This document shows positions 1 to 8,029 of a DNA stretch of 32,000 nt, one piece after another. Numbering within the stretch: the stretch's first letter is position 1; each line of letters opens with the position of its first letter. Source of the DNA: Akkermansia muciniphila ATCC BAA-835. GTDB taxonomy: Bacteria > Verrucomicrobiota > Verrucomicrobiia > Verrucomicrobiales > Akkermansiaceae. The position numbers and the translations under genes were made by a program. The notes beneath the pieces were generated by a model. That model saw only the letters and a program-made list of their open reading frames with translations. It had not been told where the DNA came from and searched no databases. Location: positions 1,890,001 through 1,922,000 of the forward strand of contig NC_010655.1 in NCBI RefSeq assembly GCF_000020225.1, read 5' to 3'.

Positions 1-175
1 CCTGCCGCCAGAAAAAGAGCGGAAAAGAATCTGTTCATTCTGCCATGCTACTCCCAGGTAAAATCTTTGGCAAGTTGCAAGTAGGCTGCGGGAAAAGGGA
101 GATTGTCTTAACGCTGTCAACAAGGCCGGGAGTGAGGGAAGGGGTATTCCATGATCAGACGTTTTTCCCCTTTCG

Positions 176-1363
176 TCATGCGTGCTGCAGATTACTGCAA
201 CCCAGTCGGTAGATGGCCTGGATGTCCCGGACATCCAGCTTTTCCAGTCCGCCGACGGGGCCGCGCACACTGACGGCCTGTTCCGCCATCAGGGGGAAAT
301 CCCCGGGAAGGATGTTCAGTTCTTCCATAGTCGTCGGAAGCCCTAATTCCCGGTAAAAACGTTCCAGGCGGGAAATACCTTCCCGGATGATGGCTGACGG
401 TTCCCGGAAGGAACCTTCCACTCCCATCACATTGACGGCGAACTGCACGAATATTTCCTGGTGTTTGGGGGAAACATACTTCATCCAGGCCGGGGTGACG
501 ACGGCCAGGCCTGCGCCGTGGTCCACATGGTACAGTGCGCTCAATTCGTGTTCCATGGCGTGGCAGCCCCAGTCCTGTTCGCGGCCTACCCCCAACAGGT
601 TGTTGTGGGCGATGTTGCCGGAAAACGCGATTTCCGCCCAGGCGTTGTAATCATTCAGGTTCCCGTTCAGGATGCGGGCGTTTTTCATGATGGTGCGCAG
701 GGTGGCCTCACAAAGGCTGTCGGAAAGGTCCGTATGCAGGGTTCTGGTGAAATAGCGCTCAAAAATGTGGCTCATCATGTCGCTGACGCCATTGGCCATC
801 TGGCGGTGCGGGAGCGTAAAGAACAATTCCGGGTTGATAATGCTGAATACGGGGCGCAGTTTGGGGGAACCGTACCCCAGTTTTCTTCTGGTCTCTTCAT
901 TGGTGATGACCGTATTCGGGCTGCTCTCGCTGCCCGCGGCGGGAATGGTCAGCACGGTTGCGACGGGCAGAGGGTCGGACTGAGGCTGTTTTTTGGAAAG
1001 GTATAGTTCCCATACGTCCCCTTCATGGGGAACGCCCAGCGCAATCGCTTTGGCGGAGTCAATCACGCTGCCTCCTCCCACGGCCAGCACGAGGCCCAGG
1101 CCGTGTTCCCGGCAGAGGCGGATGCCTTCATACACCAGGGGCAGCGTAGGGTTTGCCTGGACGCCTCCCAGTTCTTCATACTCCACGCCGGCGGCTTTTA
1201 AGGACGCCGTGACGGCATCGTAAAGACCGGAACGTCTGATGCTGCCGCTACCGTAATGAAGCAGGATTTTTTTGCCTAACGGCTTGAGAAGGGTTCCCGT
1301 TTCATGGTGGGTGCCTTTTCCGAAAATAAGAGTGGTTTTGTTATCGTAAACGAAATTGAGCAT
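176..1363 (-). CDS. Iron-containing (group III) alcohol dehydrogenase, butanol/propanediol dehydrogenase-like
   Basis: Intact 395-aa ORF with ATG at 1361-1363 and TGA at 176-178. Fe-ADH signatures are visible in the translation: LAVGGGSVIDSAKAIALG (dinucleotide-binding glycine motif) and the His cluster WGCHAMEHELSALYHVDHGAGLAVV (metal ligands). Confidence 0.9.
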   Translation of the reverse strand: MLNFVYDNKTTLIFGKGTHHETGTLLKPLGKKILLHYGSGSIRRSGLYDAVTASLKAAGVEYEELGGVQANPTLPLVYEGIRLCREHGLGLVLAVGGGSVIDSAKAIALGVPHEGDVWELYLSKKQPQSDPLPVATVLTIPAAGSESSPNTVITNEETRRKLGYGSPKLRPVFSIINPELFFTLPHRQMANGVSDMMSHIFERYFTRTLHTDLSDSLCEATLRTIMKNARILNGNLNDYNAWAEIAFSGNIAHNNLLGVGREQDWGCHAMEHELSALYHVDHGAGLAVVTPAWMKYVSPKHQEIFVQFAVNVMGVEGSFREPSAIIREGISRLERFYRELGLPTTMEELNILPGDFPLMAEQAVSVRGPVGGLEKLDVRDIQAIYRLGCSNLQHA

Positions 1364-1856
1364 GGCGGGAATGATACGGCAACGCTACGGCCCTTCCGCC
1401 CCCTTCTCAAGATTTTTGTATGGCCTGTTCCCCTTTCCAGGGGGGGATGCTGTTCCGGAGGATATTCTCTCATGCAGGGGTTCTGTTCTTCTCTGTTTTT
1501 TCATCATTGGCTCATCTGGACGGAGCTTTCTGGAGGATTGTTTTCTTTCCGTTGTTTTTTGGCGACAAGATTCAGCGGAAATGACTCTCTGCGGGAGTGG
1601 CGGCGCCTTCCGGCCCCGAGGGGCCAGCGGAAGACGGTTATTTCATTATTCTGGGCCGCTTCCGGCAGGTAATCGGAACAATGGCCGTATTCGGCCAGGG
1701 ATGCGCGGAGAAAGGCGGGGAAACGGGAAGTTTCAGAAATCCGTAAAAATTATCCTGGTGAATACTGTTCAAAATCACGATGCATGGCATACTCCTCCTG
1801 CTTTTTGCTTGAGCGCGGAGGCCTTCCCGTTTATTGTCATGCACGGGCCATGTCCG

Positions 1857-1931
1857 GTCCCCGTAGTTCAATGGATAGAACGGGTCTCTCCTAAAGACTA
1901 GATGCAGGTTCGATTCCTGCCGGGGACGCCA
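1857..1931 (+). tRNA. tRNA-Arg (anticodon CCT), CCA end encoded
   Basis: Hand-folded cloverleaf. Acceptor stem GTCCCCG (1857-1863) pairs with CGGGGAC (1921-1927). D arm is GTTC-AATGGATA-GAAC. Anticodon arm is GGTCT-CTCCTAA-AGACT (one G-T pair) with CCT at 1890-1892. There is a 4-nt variable loop and a T arm GCAGG-TTCGATT-CCTGC, then discriminator G and CCA (1929-1931). Confidence 0.9.
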
Positions 1932-2288
1932 CCCAATATTATTCAGGGCCTTGCATCAGCATTAAAAACGCAGGGATTTTGCCTCTCTTGTGCGAGGTAT
2001 CGTCATGGTTGATTGAATGGGGAATGATTCAAGGGAAAAGCAGGTATCCGGATTATCGGTGTCCGGCCGGAGAGGGCGAATAACTTGGGATTCATGTCCG
2101 ATTGGAAACAAAAAGCAAATGCGGAAGAAAGATTGCAGATAGCAAGGAAATGTGCTAAAGGCTGCCGGAGAAGAGCCTTTGGGGCGGAACATTGTGCTTC
2201 GGGACATGAACAGGCAGGCATGGAGCAATGTTTCCCAGCCGTACAGGGGATGGATGAAAGAGCGTTATGCAATAACAAGGACAAGAAG

Positions 2289-2816
2289 ATGGAGGCAATT
2301 AAAATAATCCGTTATCTGTCGCCCGTTGGAGAAATGATGATTGGCTCATATGGCGGCAATCTTTGCATTTGCGACTGGGCAAAGGAAAAACGCCGCGGCA
2401 CGATAGACCGCCGCATTTGCCGGCATCTCAACGCTGAATATGAAGAAGGAACTTCCGAGGTTATTGAACAGGCGGTAAGCCAGCTCCGTGAATATTTCCA
2501 GGGGGAACGCAGAGACTTTGATATACCCATTGTATTTACCGGATCGGAATTTCAAAACTCAGTCTGGCATGAACTGATGAAAGTTCCTTACGGTTCCACC
2601 ATTTCTTATGCAGAGCTGGCGCGCCGCATTCATCATCCGAGGGCTGTCCGGGCTGTAGCGTCCGCTAATGCCACCAACCCCATCTCCATTTTCGTGCCCT
2701 GCCACCGCGTTATTGGCAGCAATCAGAAACTGACAGGTTATGGCGGGGGGCTTGATGCGAAACGGGAATTGCTTGCCCTGGAGGCGCGGGTAAGCGGAAG
2801 TGTGCTGGCCTTATGA
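2289..2816 (+). CDS. ogt: Methylated-DNA--protein-cysteine methyltransferase (O6-alkylguanine-DNA alkyltransferase)
   Basis: The C-terminal half carries the active-site motif FVPCHRVIGSN followed by LTGYGGGLDAKRELLALE. The track ORF opens at 2085, but its first 68 codons are Cys/Arg/Lys-rich and unlike the family. ATG at 2289 (MEAIKIIRYLSPVGEM...) gives a typical ~175-aa Ogt. Stop TGA at 2814-2816. Confidence 0.85.
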   Translation: MEAIKIIRYLSPVGEMMIGSYGGNLCICDWAKEKRRGTIDRRICRHLNAEYEEGTSEVIEQAVSQLREYFQGERRDFDIPIVFTGSEFQNSVWHELMKVPYGSTISYAELARRIHHPRAVRAVASANATNPISIFVPCHRVIGSNQKLTGYGGGLDAKRELLALEARVSGSVLAL

Positions 2817-2976
2817 CCCGTGATGTGAGGAAGACAGGCAAGGACGTGTCAGGTAAGGCTGTTTTGGGAGGCTGCTCTTCCGGGGCAGCCCGGCAGGGGG
2901 GGCGTTAAGAAGCTTCCGCGGTTGCGGCTGAATTTCCGGCTGTCTTCGTTTGAATGGAGGTGCCTTGTGAGGCACT

Positions 2977-3456
2977 TCACCATTTGAGGAGGGTATTTCC
3001 TCCCTGGGCGAATCCGGAGAGCAGGGTGCCCATTGCTGAGGTTTTCTGGGCTCTCGCATTGGAGCGGCCCATGTATTGCTCCGTGTTGGCGCGGTTGTAC
3101 AGGGATTGGGCGTTCCTCATGGCTTCCGCCGCTTCATCCTGAATCCTGGTTTGCAGACGCGTCGCCAAAGCCTGTTCCCTGAGTGGAACGGAGCCTTCCC
3201 GGAGCAGGGAGGATTGGGCGGCGTCCAGTCGGGCTTCTCCCATTTGGCGCGCAGCGTCCTGCTGCATGCGTTTGGCATTTTCCATCCCTGTCTGTTTTTG
3301 GAGGTCTGCCTCGTTTCTGAGGGTGGCGGCATTTGCGTCCGCCGCCTGTCTGGTGGCTTCCGCGCTTTTTTTCTGTGCAGACGCGGATGCCGCACCTGCT
3401 GCCGCTGAAGTAGCGGCCAGTGTTATCATTCCCAATGATGCTGGATCAAATCCCAT
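2977..3456 (-). CDS. Hypothetical Ala/Gln-rich protein with hydrophobic N- and C-terminal segments and a predicted helical middle
   Basis: The ORF is open from 3513, but codons 2-14 of that version are a perfect 14-bp terminator hairpin (3474-3508). I therefore start at the next ATG, 3454-3456 (MGFDPASLGMITLAATSAAAGAAS...). The composition looks coding, with no family motif I recognise. It contains three TCA codons, which neighbouring genes avoid almost completely. Confidence 0.45.
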   Translation of the reverse strand: MGFDPASLGMITLAATSAAAGAASASAQKKSAEATRQAADANAATLRNEADLQKQTGMENAKRMQQDAARQMGEARLDAAQSSLLREGSVPLREQALATRLQTRIQDEAAEAMRNAQSLYNRANTEQYMGRSNARAQKTSAMGTLLSGFAQGGNTLLKW

Positions 3457-3473
3457 GCGCGCATTCTGATATG

Positions 3474-3508
3474 AAAAACGGTTCAGGCGCAAAACGCCTG
3501 AACCGTTT
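3474..3508 (-). terminator. Rho-independent terminator downstream of the lipoprotein gene
   Basis: Perfect 14-bp stem: 3476-3489 AAACGGTTCAGGCG pairs with 3495-3508 CGCCTGAACCGTTT, with 5-nt loop CAAAA. On the minus strand the hairpin runs into a T5 tract (complement of A3474-A3478). It lies 31 nt after the lipoprotein stop (3539). Confidence 0.75.
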
Positions 3509-3538
3509 GACATGAATCAGGGTTTGGCACAGAAGGGG

Positions 3539-4060
3539 TTACTCAATCACGATGCTTTCAATGTTCAGCACCGGATGTTCCGGAGTGGAGTGGGGATCAA
3601 TGGTTCCGGTAATGATGACGGCGTCTTGTTCTTTCAGCCCGTTCACACCTTTGGCGGAGTGCTTGATGGGCTGCCCCTGTTCATCCACGAACTGGACGGT
3701 CATCGTGTTATTTTTCCGTATTTCTACCGGTACCGTACCGGCGGCCCAGACTCCCTTCTCCTTCATATTGACCAGGAGCTGAGCCGGGTCTCCGATGGTG
3801 AAGGAAGCAATGTTTTTTGAAAAGACGGGGTCATCTCCGATCACCGCTCCCTTGACGGTGACTTTGTCGCCCGGAGCCGCTTTTCTGGCATCTGAAACGA
3901 CCAGAGCGCGTGGCAGGCCAACCATATTTTCCGCGAATCTTACGGCCATCTTCTGGGTAACGTTCTGGTCGGAAGTGAGGGCGTTTACAGTTTCCTTGGG
4001 ATTGCAGCCCATCAGGGAAACTGCGGCCATTGTCAGAATGATCAAGTGTGTGGTGCGCAT
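3539..4060 (-). CDS. Lipoprotein of unknown function (possible OB-fold-like beta-rich domain)
   Basis: ATG at 4058-4060 is preceded by AGGAG (minus strand ...GAAAGGAGTTTCC ATG). The N-terminus MRTTHLIILTMAAVSLMGC has a signal peptide plus a lipobox (LMGC). 173 aa. The 137-codon upstream extension in the track (to 4471) overlaps the neighbouring gene and is Pro/Gly/Arg-rich. Confidence 0.8.
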   Translation of the reverse strand: MRTTHLIILTMAAVSLMGCNPKETVNALTSDQNVTQKMAVRFAENMVGLPRALVVSDARKAAPGDKVTVKGAVIGDDPVFSKNIASFTIGDPAQLLVNMKEKGVWAAGTVPVEIRKNNTMTVQFVDEQGQPIKHSAKGVNGLKEQDAVIITGTIDPHSTPEHPVLNIESIVIE

Positions 4061-4140
4061 GGAAACTCCTTTCTGTTGAAAGGTTGGATTCCTTTTCCCC
4101 TTCTGCCGTTCATCATTCCGTGTAAGGAAAAGAATATTTT

Positions 4141-4953
4141 TTACAGGAACAGCCCGGCAGCCAGCATGGCGAGGTCCCTGAGAACGTCCCACAATTTTTC
4201 CGCATTGTGGATGCAATCCGCCAGAAAGCGGTGAAGGCTTACGGCGTTGAACAGGCGCAGGAGCGCCAGGAAGAGAAGAAGATTGGCAAAATATACGAGA
4301 ATCAGGGAGAAGAAGGTGCCGTTGTCCGCCAGGTCCGGCTGGTCCTTGGGAATGATCCATGCCGTCCAGAACAGGTGGAAGCACCACCAGAAGCCCAGGC
4401 CGGAGTAAAGAAGGGCCTGGCAGGTGACTGTAGGCCAGAAGAGGTACGTTACGCCCCATACCAATCCCCACAGCATGGCCCAGAGAGGAAGGAAGTAGGG
4501 GGAAAGGGAGATAAAGATGTTGTTTTTATCCGTCTGGATGTAACCTCCGTCCAGATCCGCTTTGAAAGCATGGATGGAACCGCGGCTGCAAATGACCGCC
4601 AGAGCGTGCGTCAGTTCATGCCCCAATACGTACAGGTACAGCAGGGAGGATGTGAACAGCCTGCTGCTGCCCAGCACCACCCACACGGCAGCGCCCATCA
4701 GGGCGTACCATACGGGAATGGAGAAGAGGATATTGAGGCTGCCGGAGGCATGGGTCAGCTGGTCGCACAGGGACATGGCCGTGATCAGGGCCAGCGGAAG
4801 CAGGATAAGGGTGGCTACGGCATGCCTGATGAACCGGGTTCTGCGCGGGAGATCCATGAAGGAAAATTCCTGGCATTCGTCCTCCCAGTATTCGGAGGAT
4901 ACCTGGGCGCGGTAAGTTTTGTCCCAGGCGTCCCGGTTGCATTGCCGCATCAT
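4141..4953 (-). CDS. Polytopic membrane protein with an HExxH zincin motif (Peptidase_M50B-like putative metalloprotease)
   Basis: Multiple hydrophobic helices. The motif LGHELTHALAVICSRGSIHAFKADLDGGYIQT matches the M50B-like pattern HExxHAL...G....DG.G.T. Stop TAA at 4141-4143. The start is uncertain: ATG candidates are at 5049, 4953/4950 and 4857. I picked 4953. The track start at 5301 would overlap the divergent tsaB. Confidence 0.7.
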   Translation of the reverse strand: MMRQCNRDAWDKTYRAQVSSEYWEDECQEFSFMDLPRRTRFIRHAVATLILLPLALITAMSLCDQLTHASGSLNILFSIPVWYALMGAAVWVVLGSSRLFTSSLLYLYVLGHELTHALAVICSRGSIHAFKADLDGGYIQTDKNNIFISLSPYFLPLWAMLWGLVWGVTYLFWPTVTCQALLYSGLGFWWCFHLFWTAWIIPKDQPDLADNGTFFSLILVYFANLLLFLALLRLFNAVSLHRFLADCIHNAEKLWDVLRDLAMLAAGLFL

Positions 4954-5160
4954 GTCGCCGAGGCTTGCCGCGGATCTTGGTTTCCGGGCGGTTTCTGCAT
5001 ACCGGCGCCAGTCCTGGTGCGGCGGTGTGTGTCTGGGGGCCTTGGGCATGCGGTGTGAGGTCTGGAACCAGCATAAAGGGACTTGAGGAGAAATGCGAAC
5101 CAAATTTGCCTCTTCCGGAAACCGGAGGAAAAAATGTTTTATCCACGCCGGCTGTTCCTG

Positions 5161-5166
5161 TATAAT
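5161..5166 (+). promoter_or_regulatory. Candidate -10 box (TATAAT) immediately upstream of tsaB
   Basis: A perfect TATAAT lies at 5161-5166, only 7 nt before the tsaB ATG (5174), with no Shine-Dalgarno between them. The hexamer 17 nt upstream (TTTATC, 5138-5143) is a weak -35. This is sequence pattern only. Confidence 0.25.
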
Positions 5167-5173
5167 CCGCCGC

Positions 5174-5842
5174 ATGCAAGATGTCCTGCTGGTTCTGGAA
5201 ACTTCCTGTGTGCAGTCTTCCGTTGCGGCTTGGAGCGGGGAAAGTCTGCTGTGCCAGGCGGCATGGAGAGCGGAGCGCAACCATTCCTCCGCTATTTTCA
5301 AGGCGGTGCGGCAGGTTCTGGATGCTTTGGAAGGGCGGCGTTTGAAGGAAATCGTGGTAGGTTCCGGTCCGGGCGCTTACGGCGGAATCCGCGTAGCGCT
5401 GGCCGTGGCGGACGGCCTTTCCCTGGTGCACGGTTCCCGCGTGGCGGCTTTTTCCTCCTGGAACGGACTTGGTCTGCATCATGGTGAGGCCTGCGTAATG
5501 TCAGATGCCCGGCGTGGCGGCTGGACGTGGGGGAGGCTGGAAAACGGCGTTCTGACGGATGTGCCGGCAGTGCTTCCTGCAGAGCAGGCCCGCGTCAGCG
5601 TGGCGGAGTGCATGGGAAAAGGCGTGCCCGTTTTTTCCACGGAAACGGCGGAACATCTGGCCGCCCGGGAAATGTCGGGGATTGTCCCCGTGTATCCTTC
5701 TGCAGAGGCGCTCGGGGCCGCGTGGCTGTCCCTGGCGGAGGCCCGCAGAGAAGAACTTCTGGAAAGTCCGGCGGAACCGCTGTATGTGAGGGCTCCGCAC
5801 ATCACCCGCGCCAAACGTCCCGCATGGGCCGTGAAGGCGTAA
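5174..5842 (+). CDS. tsaB: tRNA threonylcarbamoyladenosine (t6A) biosynthesis protein TsaB (YeaZ family)
   Basis: Translation from ATG 5174 (MQDVLLVLETSCVQSSVAAW...) shows the ASKHA-fold YeaZ pattern, including IVVGSGPGAYGGIRVALAVADGL. 222 aa. The earlier in-frame start in the track (5093) adds a Cys/Arg-rich extension. Confidence 0.85.
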   Translation: MQDVLLVLETSCVQSSVAAWSGESLLCQAAWRAERNHSSAIFKAVRQVLDALEGRRLKEIVVGSGPGAYGGIRVALAVADGLSLVHGSRVAAFSSWNGLGLHHGEACVMSDARRGGWTWGRLENGVLTDVPAVLPAEQARVSVAECMGKGVPVFSTETAEHLAAREMSGIVPVYPSAEALGAAWLSLAEARREELLESPAEPLYVRAPHITRAKRPAWAVKA

Positions 5843-5914
5843 TTAAGGTTTGACTTTTTGGAAGATTGTTAGACTTTTAACCGGTAATATTCACCACCAG
5901 TAGCATTTTTTAAC

Positions 5915-7057
5915 ATGAGCAATGACACTTTTTCCGAGCGCCTCGCATATCCCAAAGGTTTAAAAGGAATCATCGCCAATGAATCCGCTTTGAGTGACGT
6001 GCGCGGCGAGGAAGGGCGTCTGTTGTATCTGGGCTACGATATCGATGATCTGGTGGAGATGTGCTGTTTTGAAGAAGTGGTTTATCTGCTTCTCAACAAG
6101 CGTCTTCCCAACCGTGAGGAATTGGAGGGCATCAAGAAACGCCTCCGTTCCGACCGCGACCTGCCCCAGCCCATTCTGGATTTCTTCAAAACGGCCACCA
6201 AGTCCGCCCGGCCCATGTCCGCCCTCCGGACGGCTGTTTCCATGCTCGGCATGTATGACGACCGGACGAAGGATGCCGGGCAGTTGAAGGAAATAGGCCT
6301 CAGCCTCATAGCCAAGGTTCCCGTGATGGTGGCGTATTACTACCGTTTGTGCCAGGGTCTGGAGCTTCCCCCCGTTCGGGAGGACCTGAGCGAGGCGGAA
6401 CATTTCCTGTGGTTGCTGAAGGGTGAGGAACCGGATCAGTATGAAGCCCATATTCTGGAGGTAGCCTACATTCTGCACGCAGACCACGGCATGAATGCCT
6501 CCACCTTTGCGGCGCGCGTCTGCATCGCCACGCTTTCGGACATGTATTCCGCCATCACCGCGGCCATCGGCACGCTGAAGGGGCCGCTTCATGGGGGCGC
6601 CAATGAGGGCGTGATTGAAATGCTCAAGGAAATAGGCACGGAGGACCGGGTGGACTCCTACATTGAGGACAAGCTGGCGCGGAAGGAAAAAATCATGGGC
6701 ATGGGCCACCGCGTGTACCGCGTGCTGGATCCCCGCGCCCCGCATTTGCGACGCATGGCCATCCGCCTTTCCTCCCGAATCGGTGAACCCAAGTGGATCC
6801 GCATGTCGGAACGCATCGCGAAACTTGTCCGGGAGCGCAAGGGCTTGAACGCCAATGTGGATTTTTATTCCGCCACGGTTTATTACAGCATCGGGATCCC
6901 CACCAGGCTGTTTACCGCCATTTTCTCCATTGCCCGCTGTAGCGGCTGGGTGGCCCAGGTTCTGGAACAAATGGAGGATAACACGCTGTACAGGCCGCTG
7001 ACTCTTTACACAGGGCCCAAGGACCGCATTCCGGTTCCTACGATCGACATGCGGTGA
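5915..7057 (+). CDS. gltA: Citrate synthase
   Basis: 380-aa ORF with ATG at 5915 and TGA at 7055-7057. Citrate synthase signatures are present: LHADHGMNASTF and GMGHRVYRVLDPRAPHL, followed by NVDFYSA. Confidence 0.95.
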   Translation: MSNDTFSERLAYPKGLKGIIANESALSDVRGEEGRLLYLGYDIDDLVEMCCFEEVVYLLLNKRLPNREELEGIKKRLRSDRDLPQPILDFFKTATKSARPMSALRTAVSMLGMYDDRTKDAGQLKEIGLSLIAKVPVMVAYYYRLCQGLELPPVREDLSEAEHFLWLLKGEEPDQYEAHILEVAYILHADHGMNASTFAARVCIATLSDMYSAITAAIGTLKGPLHGGANEGVIEMLKEIGTEDRVDSYIEDKLARKEKIMGMGHRVYRVLDPRAPHLRRMAIRLSSRIGEPKWIRMSERIAKLVRERKGLNANVDFYSATVYYSIGIPTRLFTAIFSIARCSGWVAQVLEQMEDNTLYRPLTLYTGPKDRIPVPTIDMR

Positions 7058-7069
7058 CAGGTTTTAATC

Positions 7070-7106
7070 AGGAAAGGCGCCGGAAGCAATATCCGGCGCC
7101 TTTCCT
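7070..7106 (+). terminator. Stem-loop terminator after citrate synthase
   Basis: Perfect 14-bp stem: AGGAAAGGCGCCGG (7070-7083) pairs with CCGGCGCCTTTCCT (7093-7106), with a 9-nt loop. It sits 13 nt after the stop, and the downstream sequence is T-rich (CTTTTCTTTTTCG). Confidence 0.7.
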
Positions 7107-7484
7107 GCATCTGCCTTCCGCTTTTCTTTTTCGTGAAAATATCCTTTCTATCCGCCGGCGGTATTCAACCGTACTGTTCATTGTCCTGGGCTTTTTCCAT
7201 TATGGCTGTAGAGGCAGCTCATGGAATTATTGAATGGCAATATGCCGTTATCGCGGGTGGGGATGAAGCAGATCATTTTTTCAGTTCCCTGGGAAACTAT
7301 ACGGGATTCCCATAAGGGCATGTTCTGGGATATCTGCGGAGCCGTCTCTTCCTTGATTCTCTTTTATCTGGTATGTCCCTGACGGAGGAAAGACGCGGAA
7401 CCCGCCTCTTCATGGCCCTGTGTTCTTTGGTGGTGGAACCCGCAGAACATCCATGCCGATGTGGAGAGGCAGGCGGGGGGCTCG

Positions 7485-7949
7485 TCAAATGCCGGTCTGG
7501 CGCAGTCCTTCATAAAGGACGACAGCTACGGCTGTGGATAAATTCAGGCTGCGGGCTCCTTCTCCGGGCATCGGAATAGTCAGGGCGGTATCTGCGTGTT
7601 CTCTCAGCATGCTTTCCGGCAATCCGCGGGATTCCGGTCCAAAAACCAGATAGTCCCCTGCGTGGAAAACCGCATCCCAATGGGAACGTGGCGCCTTGGT
7701 GCTCAGGTACCAGAACTGCGCGCCGGGGGCTGCCGCCTGCTTCAATTCCTCCAGGCTGTCCCAGACATGCAGGTCCACCTTGGCCCAATAGTCCAGACCC
7801 GTACGGCGCACATGCTTTTCATCCAGACTGAACCCCAAAGGTTTGATCAAATGGAGCCTGGAACCCGTTGCCAGCGCCAACCGTCCGGCAGCTCCTGTAT
7901 TATGCGGAATTTCCGGATGGAACATGACGATGTGGAAACGGGGCTGCAT
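7485..7949 (-). CDS. trmL: tRNA (cytidine/uridine-2'-O-)-methyltransferase TrmL (SpoU/TrmH family)
   Basis: ATG at 7947-7949 gives MQPRFHIVMFHPEIPHNTGAAGRLALATGSRLHLIKPLGF..., ending ...LNLSTAVAVVLYEGLRQ. This is the typical single-domain SPOUT TrmL layout (154 aa). The track start at 8009 adds 20 residues and overlaps the divergent gene. Confidence 0.88.
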   Translation of the reverse strand: MQPRFHIVMFHPEIPHNTGAAGRLALATGSRLHLIKPLGFSLDEKHVRRTGLDYWAKVDLHVWDSLEELKQAAAPGAQFWYLSTKAPRSHWDAVFHAGDYLVFGPESRGLPESMLREHADTALTIPMPGEGARSLNLSTAVAVVLYEGLRQTGI

Positions 7950-8029
7950 GCGCTTATTCTCATCACAAACAGGCCTCCCGTTCAAGTGGGACTTGTCCAA
8001 AAGTGGCAAATAATGTACGTTTTCACCCG

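Noticed and set aside
1-38. Possible start of a minus-strand gene leaving the left edge (ATG at 36-38 reading MNRFFSALFLAA..., signal-peptide-like).
   Set aside because: Only 12 codons are visible, which is far too little to support a call. Other frames are equally open.
2977-3456. Resemblance of the Ala/Gln-rich orphan protein to phage DNA-pilot/internal virion proteins or to YtxH-like stress proteins.
   Set aside because: The similarity is only compositional (Gly/Ala-rich hydrophobic N-terminus followed by a Q/A/R/E-rich helical region). I see no shared motif, and no capsid, replication or other phage genes are nearby. I did not use this for the call.
1857-5173. Possible genomic island integrated at tRNA-Arg: ogt plus three uncharacterised envelope genes directly downstream of the tRNA.
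   Set aside because: No integrase, recombinase or phage gene is present. I could not find a direct repeat of the tRNA 3' end (…TTCGATTCCTGCCGGGGACGCCA) downstream by eye. An att-site search with software and a GC/codon analysis would be needed. For now this is only a tRNA-adjacent block of unknowns.
2085-5301. Upstream in-frame extensions of ogt (2085-2288), the lipoprotein (4061-4471) and the M50B-like gene (4954-5301).
   Set aside because: The extensions overlap neighbouring genes or the divergent tsaB. They have atypical Cys/Arg/Pro-rich composition. Internal ATGs give family-typical N-termini (an Ogt of ~175 aa, and a signal peptide plus lipobox with an AGGAG SD). The M50B-like start remains uncertain (4857, 4953 or 5049).
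5761-5771. GGAAAGTCCGG string reminiscent of the conserved RNase P RNA core.
   Set aside because: It lies inside the tsaB coding frame, with none of the surrounding RNase P helices. It is a coincidental 11-mer.
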